From IMG/VR virus record IMGVR_UViG_3300021371_000024, positions 1 through 50,874 of that record: a stretch of DNA of 50,874 nt. One strand, given 5' to 3'. The position numbers and the translations under genes are program-made. The number at the start of each line of letters is the position of its first letter. The first letter of the stretch is position 1. Origin of the DNA: a virus. Lineage: Duplodnaviria > Caudoviricetes. Positions 16,105-25,409 of this stretch are shown here, piece after piece. The notes beneath the pieces are model-generated. The model saw nothing but the letters and a program-made list of their open reading frames with translations. It searched no databases and was not told the DNA's origin.

Positions 16105-16327
16105 CGTAGTAAACAAGCCACCACATTACAATACCTCTAACATAGAATGCATTGACGCTATGGCAGCTATGGTAGAGGACGCTGATGTAACAGCACACGA
16201 AGCATACTGTTGGCAGAATAGCTTCAAGTATCTGTGGCGTTGGAACTACAAGAACGGAATAGAGGATCTACAAAAAGCTAAGTGGTACATAGAGCGTTTG
16301 ATTGAGGAAGTGGACAGTAGGAAATGA
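16097..16327 (+). CDS. DUF3310 / T7 gp1.7-like nucleotide kinase domain protein
   Basis: VNKPPHY, IECID, KYLWR..KNGIEDLQKAKWY. Confidence 0.85.
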   Translation: MVDVVNKPPHYNTSNIECIDAMAAMVEDADVTAHEAYCWQNSFKYLWRWNYKNGIEDLQKAKWYIERLIEEVDSRK

Positions 16328-16482
16328 TAATCAAAACATTTCTTACACTTGAACTTGATGAGGACGATTACCCTGTACCATCTGACGGGAATATTGAAGA
16401 AGAAATTAGGGCATTGATTCTTGAATACATATATGATATTGATGGCCTAAACGTAAAACATTTGAAACTATTTATGGAGTAA
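16324..16482 (+). CDS. small acidic protein (52 aa, not in ORF track)
   Basis: ATGA overlap; MIIKTFLTLELDEDDYPVPSDG...LFME*; fills the gap before the RNR gene. Confidence 0.65.
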   Translation: MIIKTFLTLELDEDDYPVPSDGNIEEEIRALILEYIYDIDGLNVKHLKLFME

Positions 16483-16489
16483 TGATAAT

Positions 16490-18397
16490 ATGAATAACTA
16501 TTTACCAACCGACTACCAGTCGTTCATCCACAAATCCCGCTATGCTAGGTGGATACAGGATGCAGGAAGGCGTGAGACATGGGATGAAACTGTAGGCAGA
16601 TACATCGACAACGTAGTAAGACGTGTGCTACCTGACAGCTTACATAACCTTGCGTTAGAATGTGAGCAAGCTATTTTAGGCTTAGAGGTAGCACCTTCTA
16701 TGCGAGCTATGATGACAGCAGGGCCAGCCCTCGACAGAGATAACACTGCTGGCTACAACTGTAGCTATCTACCCGTAGATGACCCTAAGTCCTTCGATGA
16801 GGCTATGTACATCCTCTTGTGTGGCACTGGTGTCGGGTTCAGTGTGGAGCGTCAGTACGTCAGTAAGCTCCCTGAGATTCCGCAACTCTTCTATAGTGAT
16901 ACTACAGTCGTTGTCAAAGACAGTAAGGAAGGTTGGGCTAAAGCGTTCCGTCAAGTTCTTGCTCTCCTCTGGGCTGGTGAGATTCCTAAGTGGGATGTAT
17001 CTCGCGTTCGTCCTGCTGGTGCTAGACTAAAAATATTTGGCGGCAGAGCCAGTGGTCCAGCGCCGTTAGTTGAACTATTTAACTTCGCTATCACAACGTT
17101 TAAGAATGCACAGGGCCGTAAGCTTACAAGCATCGAGTGCCATGATCTTATGTGCTTTATTGGTCAGATCGTTGTGGTTGGTGGTGTACGCCGTTCAGCT
17201 ATGATTAGTTTATCTAACCTATCTGATGATCGTATGCGTCACGCTAAGTCAGGCCAGTGGTGGGAGACTGCAGCTTGGCGAGCGTTAGCAAACAACTCAG
17301 TTAGTTATACAGAGAAGCCTGACATGGAAACATTCATGCGTGAGTGGCAAGCATTAGTAGAAAGTAAATCAGGAGAGCGTGGTGTATTCAATAGACAAGC
17401 AAGTAAAAATCAAGCTAAGAAATATAAAAGGCGTGATCCTAACTACGAGTTTGGAACTAACCCTTGTAGTGAGATTATACTTAGGCCGTATCAGTTCTGT
17501 AACCTTACAGAGGTTGTCATTCGTGCCACAGATACTCTTGCGGATCTGGAAAGAAAGGTTCGTATCGCAACGATCCTTGGAACAATCCAATCATCTCTCA
17601 CAAACTTTCCATACTTGCGTAAGGTGTGGAGCAAGAACACAGAAGAGGAGCGTTTGCTGGGTGTGTCGCTTACAGGAATAATGGACAACCCTCTTACTAC
17701 ATCAGAAAACAAAGGATTGGAGAAGACCCTTGCACATCTTCGTGGAGTTGCTGTCAATACTAACGCTGAACTTGCTGACACTCTTGGTATACCTCATAGC
17801 ACTGCAATTACATGCGTCAAACCATCAGGCACAGTCTCGCAACTGGTGGATTCAGCCTCTGGGATACATGCTCGCCATAGTGCCTATTATATCCGTACTG
17901 TTCGTGGTGATAACAAAGATCCATTGACACAGTTTATGAAGGATCAAGGCATCCCTAATGAGCCATGTGTTATGAAGGGAGACACGACTACTGTGTTTAG
18001 TTTCCCTGTCAAGTCACCTCGCAAGTCAATCACTCGCAATGATATGACAGCGATTGAGCAGCTAGAGACTTGGTTAATGTATCAACGGCACTGGTGTGAA
18101 CATAAACCAAGCGTAACTATCTCAGTTCGTGATGACGAGTGGATGGAAGTGGGTGCATTTGTGTACAAACACTTTGATGAAATGTCAGGTGTGTCTTTCT
18201 TGCCACACTCAGATCATACATATCAACAGGCACCCTACCAAGATGTAGACAAGGACGCATATAGTGTGCTACTAAAGTCTATGCCTAAGAAGATTGATTG
18301 GGCTGGGCTGTCTGAGTACGAGAAAGACGATAACACCGCTGCAATGCAAACTATGGCTTGTACTGGTGATGCATGTGAAATAGTAGACATAACATAA
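16490..18397 (+). CDS. nrdJ: class II (adenosylcobalamin-dependent) ribonucleotide reductase
   Basis: YNC, GGVRRSA, TNPCSEI, KPSGT, C-terminal CTGDAC; no small (beta) subunit gene in the window. Confidence 0.92.
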   Translation: MNNYLPTDYQSFIHKSRYARWIQDAGRRETWDETVGRYIDNVVRRVLPDSLHNLALECEQAILGLEVAPSMRAMMTAGPALDRDNTAGYNCSYLPVDDPKSFDEAMYILLCGTGVGFSVERQYVSKLPEIPQLFYSDTTVVVKDSKEGWAKAFRQVLALLWAGEIPKWDVSRVRPAGARLKIFGGRASGPAPLVELFNFAITTFKNAQGRKLTSIECHDLMCFIGQIVVVGGVRRSAMISLSNLSDDRMRHAKSGQWWETAAWRALANNSVSYTEKPDMETFMREWQALVESKSGERGVFNRQASKNQAKKYKRRDPNYEFGTNPCSEIILRPYQFCNLTEVVIRATDTLADLERKVRIATILGTIQSSLTNFPYLRKVWSKNTEEERLLGVSLTGIMDNPLTTSENKGLEKTLAHLRGVAVNTNAELADTLGIPHSTAITCVKPSGTVSQLVDSASGIHARHSAYYIRTVRGDNKDPLTQFMKDQGIPNEPCVMKGDTTTVFSFPVKSPRKSITRNDMTAIEQLETWLMYQRHWCEHKPSVTISVRDDEWMEVGAFVYKHFDEMSGVSFLPHSDHTYQQAPYQDVDKDAYSVLLKSMPKKIDWAGLSEYEKDDNTAAMQTMACTGDACEIVDIT

Positions 18398-18410
18398 AAG
18401 GAGATATACT

Positions 18411-18626
18411 ATGGCTAAATTAAATATAGATGGTGTGGATGTTTACACTGATGACTTCGATGAAGATCAAGTTAAAATCTTTCAAGAGGTGCAGCAGATA
18501 GCATCTGAACTGGCTAGGCTAGAGTTTTTGACACATTGCTTAAAGCAACGTCAGAGTGCCCTAGCACCCCTTCTTTTACCTAAAGAAGAAACGAAAGAAG
18601 AAACAAAAAAGGATAGTAAAAAATAA
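18411..18626 (+). CDS. hypothetical protein
   Basis: 71 aa, RBS AAGGAG. Confidence 0.7.
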   Translation: MAKLNIDGVDVYTDDFDEDQVKIFQEVQQIASELARLEFLTHCLKQRQSALAPLLLPKEETKEETKKDSKK

Positions 18627-18850
18627 TGTACACTGTAATTTCACGTAACGAATGCATTTTTTGTGACAAGGCTAAGGAGTTGTTAAATGTAGATCGCATT
18701 GGTTACGTGGAGTACAACGTACAATCCCCCAGCAGCAAGTGGTTGTTGCATCTTTTAAAACAAGCAAACATAAAAACTGTACCCCAGATATTTGACAGTA
18801 ATGGAAAGCATATTGGTGGGTACACAGAACTCAAGGAGTATTTAAAATGA
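18626..18850 (+). CDS. glutaredoxin
   Basis: CIFC, TVPQIF, IGGY motifs. Confidence 0.9.
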   Translation: MYTVISRNECIFCDKAKELLNVDRIGYVEYNVQSPSSKWLLHLLKQANIKTVPQIFDSNGKHIGGYTELKEYLK

Positions 18851-19347
18851 TTATTGAAGTACCAGTTACAGAAGAAATGATTATTGAAGCAACAAAAAAA
18901 GCCAGAGAGATGGGCCAACTCAAAGGTTCAATGATGAACGGTGGGCGCAATCTTTCTGGCTTTCTAGGAGAACTGGCAGTGCATTCTCTGTTGGGTGGGG
19001 AGATCCATAATACATACGATTATGACATCCTTCTCAACGGTAAGAAGATAGACGTAAAAGCTAAGAGTACCAACTACAAACCTAAACCTGAGTATGCAGC
19101 TACGATCTTTAAGTACTCTGAAAAACAAGGCTGCGATTACTTTGTGTTTACAAATGTAAAGAAAGACTTGTCTAAGGTGTGGGTGTGTGGTACATATGAA
19201 CGTGACGGGTTCGTAAAGGATAGTGTACTAAAGCGTAAGGGTGAAAAGTTCTACGCAGGTACTAGAGAAATCGAATATCGTAGAGATAACTACGAAATGA
19301 AGATAGGTGATCTTAAGCCTATAGATGTACTAAAAGAAGCAGCATAA
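18847..19347 (+). CDS. putative PD-(D/E)XK nuclease-fold protein
   Basis: GFLGE...YDILLNGKKIDVK motif. Confidence 0.55.
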   Translation: MIIEVPVTEEMIIEATKKAREMGQLKGSMMNGGRNLSGFLGELAVHSLLGGEIHNTYDYDILLNGKKIDVKAKSTNYKPKPEYAATIFKYSEKQGCDYFVFTNVKKDLSKVWVCGTYERDGFVKDSVLKRKGEKFYAGTREIEYRRDNYEMKIGDLKPIDVLKEAA

Positions 19348-19357
19348 GGAGAGTATA

Positions 19358-19615
19358 ATGGGCAACAATAAAAACATGAGAAAGCAACGTGGATTAGGGA
19401 AGCACGATGCACCATTGCGTGTCCAGTACAATCAGGGGTCACAAGACTTCAGAGCAGGGCGTGTCACTAACCCATTCCATAAAGACACAATGCAGTACAG
19501 GGAATGGGAGAGAGGGTTTAGCAAATCCTATTTTGAAACATTGAAACGGCAGAAGGAATATGAATCTAAAAGAAGAAGCGAACAAATTTCTACAGGAGAA
19601 GTACAACATGTCTGA
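19358..19615 (+). CDS. hypothetical protein, Rmf/CrpP-like motif
   Basis: YNQG...AG..NPF......REWERGF. Confidence 0.55.
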   Translation: MGNNKNMRKQRGLGKHDAPLRVQYNQGSQDFRAGRVTNPFHKDTMQYREWERGFSKSYFETLKRQKEYESKRRSEQISTGEVQHV

Positions 19616-19937
19616 CTTTAATTCGTATCAGCGTAATGCAAGTACAACTGCCATCTACCCAGAGGAGCATCGCATCCTCTACCCTGCATTAGGGTTAGCT
19701 GGTGAGGCAGGTGAAGTAGCCAACAAAGTAAAGAAGCTTATACGTGATGGACCTGAAAAGCGTCCTGATACATGGCGAGAAGACATAGCCAGTGAGATTG
19801 GTGATGTACTTTGGTACTGCGCTGCATTAGCTACTGATCTGAACTTGTCATTAGGTATGATAGCAGGGCAGAACGAAAAGAAACTAGGGCAACGAAAACA
19901 ATCTGGAACTCTAGGCGGCAGTGGTGACACACGATAA
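19560..19937 (+). CDS. mazG: MazG-like nucleoside triphosphate pyrophosphohydrolase
   Basis: GLAGEAGEVANKVKK...SEIGDVLWY; start may be the internal Met near 19608. Confidence 0.88.
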   Translation: MNLKEEANKFLQEKYNMSDFNSYQRNASTTAIYPEEHRILYPALGLAGEAGEVANKVKKLIRDGPEKRPDTWREDIASEIGDVLWYCAALATDLNLSLGMIAGQNEKKLGQRKQSGTLGGSGDTR

Positions 19938-19942
19938 ACTAA

Positions 19943-19970
19943 AGGGGGCTTAATCGCCCCCTCTTTTATT
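19943..19970. terminator. intrinsic terminator at convergence of the two genome arms (probably bidirectional)
   Basis: AGGGGGC-TTAATC-GCCCCCT stem followed by CTTTTATT. Confidence 0.8.
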
Positions 19971-22900
19971 TACTAAGTACGCCTTTGTAGATCCTTCCTA
20001 GCTCTATCAGAGCCTCGACTTCACTTGCGTCTGACATCTCAGGCGGCTCACCATTCTGGCGCATCCACTCACTCATAGCAAGCTTACGTGTATCCTTATC
20101 AAGCTTACGAAACTTCTCATGTGCTAGTAGTAGCGGATCAGTTCTAGCGTTACTAACTTTTTTAGCTGCTTCTAAGAACTTATTCTTCTGTGCCTTGAGG
20201 TAAGGAACAATACGCTTGTTTACAAACTTATCTACACTTTCAGACTCTCTTACGGCTCGCATGTCAGGATCTGTACTGTTTAAGTACTCTTTACGCAACG
20301 CTGTTTCATAAGACTTTGACATGTCTACAAGTGCAGGTACTGCTTCTTGCATGTATGCATTCTCAATACGCTTACGTGATGGTATTTTAGATTTGCTACC
20401 CATTTCCCAATCATTGAAGCCCTTGTCTTTAAGGTATTCTCCTGATGGGGTGTCCATTGAATACTGCGTAATACCTGCGACAAGACCCAAGCCCATAGCC
20501 TTACGTTCTTTATCAGGTTGAAATATATCTACACGCTCTTCTCTTTCAAATTCTTTTGATGGCGTAAATACATTAGTCAACCCAGCCTGTCTAAATGACC
20601 TAGAGGTTTCCTCTAAAGAAGCATCTAAATAACTTTCTGTTAGTGTGGCTCTATCATCAGCTTGATCTGCGTACCACGCAGGTCTGTATCCTGTAGCCCT
20701 CTGTAACTCAGGTATTTGTGTGAGAGGTATAGCCCATGTACGTAAGTAATCTGCAACGCCTCTTGATACAAGCTTCTTAGCAGACTCGCTAGACACTAAG
20801 TCTTTCTCACTTGCAATGATGTTACGTATTTCTTCTACGTAAATGTTTGCAACTCCTGTTCTTGCAGCAGTACCCAAGAAAGTTTCTTGCACATCCTTTA
20901 CGTCAAACCAAGATCCAAAAGTACCTTCACTCAATCTACGTGCACCTTCAGCTATCCATAGCGCCTGACGCATAGGGAAAAAGGAAGTAGCATCCCAGAC
21001 TGTGCCCTCTTCTGTTTGTATCTCTTTATAGTCAGCAGGTGCGTCATCAGAATTTCTGTATTGCATTGCTGCTAGTATGCCTAAACCACCAGTTAAGTTA
21101 CGTGCTATATTCTGCCTGTCTTTACGGTCAAATTTATCACCAAACTTTTTACCGTCAATATTAAAGGCACGTTTAATCATAGGATTGGCGGCACCACCAC
21201 CATACTGACCCATAAGTTCTAGTGATTTAAACATGAAGCGTGGGAAAGGAGTGGTAACTGCCGTAAGACCGTTGCGAGTTAAGAAGTTACTTATGTTATT
21301 AAATACAGGTACTTCAGGTGGACTTGCATACGTAATGTCTAACGCCCTTCTGGTACTGTCTTCAATTAATTCCTCAAAGGCAGGTGCACCTTTAGGTCTA
21401 ACCTTACTACTGTTAGCAATAAGATCGTCTATCTTTCCTTCTTTAAGAAGCTCCATCAGATCTTTACCGTAGTCACGTTTTACTAGACGCTCTAGCTCAC
21501 CAATAAACGCAGCCCTACGTATTGTAAATTCTTGTATTCTGTTTGGTGTATTAAGTAGTGTTACTGCATCTTCTACTTTAGATAAACCCTTATCAATAAA
21601 ACCACCTTTACCTCTACCTGTAGCAGTCTGATACTCATTAACTAGATCAAACATATTAGTGTGCTGCTTCATAAACTCAGGGCGTTTAAGTACAAAGTCT
21701 GTAACTTCTTTAGACAGCACAGGGTTTAAATACATTCTCTGTAGCATTCGAGTGCTACCAGCATAACTATCCCAGCTTGCTAGTGTTCTACCACCTGCAC
21801 CCAATGCTTTAGCGCCAGCCTTTAATACGCCTATATCACCTCTCTTTTGAAACTGATCAGACATATTTAGTAAGATGTTATCAAAAACATTTTCAAGTGT
21901 TTCTAGTGGAGTACGTATAGCCGCAGATCCAGCGTTACGAAACGCAGTTTTAACCATAGATACCATGCCACCACGACGAATGTTTTCAATTCGACGCCAA
22001 CCTTTTACAAACCTGTTTTGTTTGTCAGCCTGTACCTTTTCTTTAGCTCTAGTTAAATCATCTAGTGATGCAGCCTTACGTATCTGCGATAGCTTATTAA
22101 GTATTTTACCAGCTTCTGATCCACCAGAAACAACCATGTGCACGTAGTCATCAAACGACAGGCCGTACTTAGACAGAACATCAGCCAACTCTTGACTGTC
22201 TGCAAAGCCACTATCTACATCTGTAGTCAGTCTAAACAGACCCTCAATAATTGTTTCATTTTTACGGAATGCTTTAGGGTTTTTCTTTTTAAACTCAGAG
22301 GCTACCGCTACAATAGCATTAAACTTTTCTGGTTTAAGTAATGGGTTGACTAATTCATCAGCTTCATCTGTTAAACCAGTTAATGCTTTTTCTTCTGTTA
22401 CTTTATATTTACGTTCAGCCGTAACCCTATCACTTACAAAGTCAGCAGCACGTATGTCCTGCATAGCCTTCACATCTTCTGCAACCTCAAGGCCATGTGC
22501 TTTAGCTGCATTAAAGTCTAGTGTCTTTTTACCATTAACTGTCTTTGAAATTACAACAGCTTTACCTGTAGCCTCAGATATACTGGCTTCGTATTCGTCA
22601 ATAAGCTGATCTGCAATGTCAGAGTTTTCGTCAGCTACCTTTTTAGCTTCTGCTTGTTTAGCAGCCGTAACAGAAGCAGAGTTTTTCTCTATCTCTGCCA
22701 TAGTACGAGCGCCTGTAGTCTTGTTCTTAAGACCTTTTAGTACAGGTGCTGCTAGTTGTTTAGTGGATGTTATAGTAGCAAATAATTCTACTGCAGTGAT
22801 GCCCATATTAGCAAGCATAACTCCATACTCTTCATCTTCGTATGCTTGTCTTGCAGCCGCTACATTTTCAGGAATGTCAGCGATGCCCATAGCAGCGCCT

Positions 22901-23523
22901 AAAAAGGGCGACCATGCAGCACCTTCCATTATATAAGTAATGGTTAAGGGTGAATAACCTTGGTCCACTAGAGTAGTGGCTAACTCACTACGTATAGGGT
23001 TGTCACTATTTATCATTTCGTTTACCATGTAGGCACGATCTTGACGCTCTATCATATAATCACGTAAAACTTCTTCACGTGTAGGTTTTCTTACATCATC
23101 CCCTAATTGTATATTAGTAATATCTTCTACTTCTACTTTATAATATCTATCATCTTTTAATACACGCTCACGTTCCCAATTAGCTACTGCTGTAGCGTAA
23201 ATATTATCTATGTTTTCTTCTGCAAAGTCAAAGTCTTTATTCATCAGAGCGTCTACACGAGGGTCTAATCCCTCTGGCTCTTCTGTTACTTCCTGTTGCT
23301 GCTGCTGCTGTTGGTATTTTTCGTAGATACTTTTATCAGGAGCCTTATATAAAGGAGCTTCCTCCTCAACTGTAGCTATTGCGGGTGCAAAACTATCCTC
23401 TATAATAGTAGAGTCAACAACAGGGCTTGGCTCAAAAAGATCATCATCTCTTTGTTCCTCTGCACCATCAAAAGATGGTAGCTTAGGTGCAAACATATCT
23501 TCCATTAACCTTGATGACCCCAA
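19966..23523 (-). CDS. large putative internal virion/ejection protein
   Basis: 1185 aa, last gene of the structural arm, helical; no catalytic motif recognised. Confidence 0.65.
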   Translation of the reverse strand: MGSSRLMEDMFAPKLPSFDGAEEQRDDDLFEPSPVVDSTIIEDSFAPAIATVEEEAPLYKAPDKSIYEKYQQQQQQQEVTEEPEGLDPRVDALMNKDFDFAEENIDNIYATAVANWERERVLKDDRYYKVEVEDITNIQLGDDVRKPTREEVLRDYMIERQDRAYMVNEMINSDNPIRSELATTLVDQGYSPLTITYIMEGAAWSPFLGAAMGIADIPENVAAARQAYEDEEYGVMLANMGITAVELFATITSTKQLAAPVLKGLKNKTTGARTMAEIEKNSASVTAAKQAEAKKVADENSDIADQLIDEYEASISEATGKAVVISKTVNGKKTLDFNAAKAHGLEVAEDVKAMQDIRAADFVSDRVTAERKYKVTEEKALTGLTDEADELVNPLLKPEKFNAIVAVASEFKKKNPKAFRKNETIIEGLFRLTTDVDSGFADSQELADVLSKYGLSFDDYVHMVVSGGSEAGKILNKLSQIRKAASLDDLTRAKEKVQADKQNRFVKGWRRIENIRRGGMVSMVKTAFRNAGSAAIRTPLETLENVFDNILLNMSDQFQKRGDIGVLKAGAKALGAGGRTLASWDSYAGSTRMLQRMYLNPVLSKEVTDFVLKRPEFMKQHTNMFDLVNEYQTATGRGKGGFIDKGLSKVEDAVTLLNTPNRIQEFTIRRAAFIGELERLVKRDYGKDLMELLKEGKIDDLIANSSKVRPKGAPAFEELIEDSTRRALDITYASPPEVPVFNNISNFLTRNGLTAVTTPFPRFMFKSLELMGQYGGGAANPMIKRAFNIDGKKFGDKFDRKDRQNIARNLTGGLGILAAMQYRNSDDAPADYKEIQTEEGTVWDATSFFPMRQALWIAEGARRLSEGTFGSWFDVKDVQETFLGTAARTGVANIYVEEIRNIIASEKDLVSSESAKKLVSRGVADYLRTWAIPLTQIPELQRATGYRPAWYADQADDRATLTESYLDASLEETSRSFRQAGLTNVFTPSKEFEREERVDIFQPDKERKAMGLGLVAGITQYSMDTPSGEYLKDKGFNDWEMGSKSKIPSRKRIENAYMQEAVPALVDMSKSYETALRKEYLNSTDPDMRAVRESESVDKFVNKRIVPYLKAQKNKFLEAAKKVSNARTDPLLLAHEKFRKLDKDTRKLAMSEWMRQNGEPPEMSDASEVEALIELGRIYKGVLSK

Positions 23524-24680
23524 AGTAAATTACCAAATGAAGTTTTTACTGCGCTATACACTCTTCCATCGTGAACGTATTGTATAACAGTATTAGCATC
23601 ATAGCTTCGTTTTTCTACCTTTACATCAGAAACGGTACGAGGTGTTCCATCAGATTTGGTAAAAGGTTTAAAATTACCAGTACCATTAACTTGTAATTCA
23701 GCAGCTAAAACTCGATCATCTGCATCACCTGCATTTAATTCTGCAATCTGAGTAATGTAGTCAGTCTCCGCTCTATTAACTAAAGTTGCTTTATACTTAG
23801 TGTATTCTTTAAGCACTTCATTAATAGCAGTCTTAGCACCTTCGTCATCTTTCCAAGGCTCTGCTTGTCTGCGAGCCTCTAATGCTAAATAAGAGTCTAG
23901 GTATAGCGCTGCAACATCGCCTTCATTACCACGCTGAAAAGATTTAATCAGACCTTCAGGAGTTAGTTCTACAAACTCTTTGCCTCTAAACTTACTCTTA
24001 ACAGCATTATTAACAATACTATCTAAAGATTGTTTACTAAAATAATCTCCACCTAAATCATTTTTCTTTTTAAACTCTAGGTATTTTTCGTGTGTATTCT
24101 TGTACATACTTTCAAGAGCTTCTTTTTCATCCGCATCTTCTGCTTGTGACATAGCAAAATCTAGTTCAACTAATCTAGCTTCAAATGTTTTAGCCTTAGT
24201 TGTTAATGTTTTAGGTAAAGGTTTAAACTTTTCTGAAAAAGGAATAGCTCTTCCTTGCGTAACTGCTGGCCCCGCCTTATCCTCAGTACGTAAGCTTGTA
24301 GCAACAGGGGAAACCTCTGAACGCTCTAACTCATAGTCCTGTACTTCATACATTGTTCTAGGGTCTAAGTCTTGTGCGCTATAACCTTCAGCTTTATTTA
24401 AAGCAAACTGCGCTCCTGCCTTACCAGTCTTAAGTATATTGGTTGTTTGCTCTGGGCTATAGTATAAAGCTAACTGCCCTGTAAGTAGCTCTAGTTCACG
24501 CTCTTGCTTTCGTCTATCTGCTTCATCAGCCCTTGCTGCAGCACGTGCTTCTTTATCTATCATGCGTTGCTCAAGACGCTCTTCCTCACGTATACGTGCA
24601 GCTTCTTTATTGCTCTCTTGTATACGTGCTGATACGGCCTGTGAAAAGCCCCCTATGAATGCAGCTGCATTAAACGCCAT
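23505..24680 (-). CDS. putative internal virion protein
   Basis: N-terminal AFIGGF segment then coiled coil; position in ejection-protein cluster. Confidence 0.6.
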   Translation of the reverse strand: MAFNAAAFIGGFSQAVSARIQESNKEAARIREEERLEQRMIDKEARAAARADEADRRKQERELELLTGQLALYYSPEQTTNILKTGKAGAQFALNKAEGYSAQDLDPRTMYEVQDYELERSEVSPVATSLRTEDKAGPAVTQGRAIPFSEKFKPLPKTLTTKAKTFEARLVELDFAMSQAEDADEKEALESMYKNTHEKYLEFKKKNDLGGDYFSKQSLDSIVNNAVKSKFRGKEFVELTPEGLIKSFQRGNEGDVAALYLDSYLALEARRQAEPWKDDEGAKTAINEVLKEYTKYKATLVNRAETDYITQIAELNAGDADDRVLAAELQVNGTGNFKPFTKSDGTPRTVSDVKVEKRSYDANTVIQYVHDGRVYSAVKTSFGNLLWGHQG

Positions 24681-24682
24681 TG

Positions 24683-25195
24683 TTATCTCCTAGCCATTAA
24701 ACCTTTTACGCTGTCTACTACATCTTCAGCAACAGCTTCTACGTTTTCTTCCTCACCCTGCTCTACCTCATCATCTTCCTTCATGTTTTTTCTAGCACGT
24801 TTTACTGCCAGAGCAATCTTGGAATCTGGAAACTTATCAGGATCAATGTCGGGATCACGTAATCCCATGTCGTATTTAACACCATTCTTATCGCCTACAA
24901 AGGCAAGCATTTCTAGTATGACTGGTTGTATAAGTATACCAACATCTAATGTGTGCAGCCCCTGCATTACACCACCTAGTTGAATTGAATTGGATAACGC
25001 AGCAAGCGGCGTACCTAGTTCCATAACATCAAGCAGTTGATCCTGAAACTGTGGTTCTAACAAACGAGAAGAATAAAACTCTAACGCTTCATCTATTGTA
25101 TTATACTTAGCGGGTTGCTGCCAAGGCATACTGCCCATCTCAGCTACCATTCCTTGTCCACCTATGGGTGCGTCAAAGCTTGGACCTTTATCCAT
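24683..25195 (-). CDS. conserved hypothetical virion-associated protein
   Basis: FDAPIGGQG...PWQQP; C-terminal GLMARR. Confidence 0.65.
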   Translation of the reverse strand: MDKGPSFDAPIGGQGMVAEMGSMPWQQPAKYNTIDEALEFYSSRLLEPQFQDQLLDVMELGTPLAALSNSIQLGGVMQGLHTLDVGILIQPVILEMLAFVGDKNGVKYDMGLRDPDIDPDKFPDSKIALAVKRARKNMKEDDEVEQGEEENVEAVAEDVVDSVKGLMARR

Positions 25196-25394
25196 CTGCT
25201 AGTGCCTTTCTTGCCATGTTAATTTCACGTACATATTCAACAACCATTTCACTAGGCTCTTTAGTAGACTCCGTTTCTTCTGGTTTCATTGACCTACGTA
25301 ACAGCCCACCTTTTTCTGATGTAGTTCCTGTAGCTACTTTTTTAGCTTGTGCTTTACGTAGTACATTTAAGTACGCTGTTCTATGATTATTCAT
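25188..25394 (-). CDS. hypothetical protein
   Basis: 68 aa, RBS AAGGAG. Confidence 0.65.
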   Translation of the reverse strand: MNNHRTAYLNVLRKAQAKKVATGTTSEKGGLLRRSMKPEETESTKEPSEMVVEYVREINMARKALADG

Positions 25395-25409
25395 AATATA
25401 TCTCCTTAC

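Noticed and set aside
19966-23523. Virion-encapsidated RNA polymerase
   Set aside because: No single- or multi-subunit RNAP catalytic motifs recognised by eye, and it is much smaller than N4 vRNAP. Only a structure search could exclude it fully.
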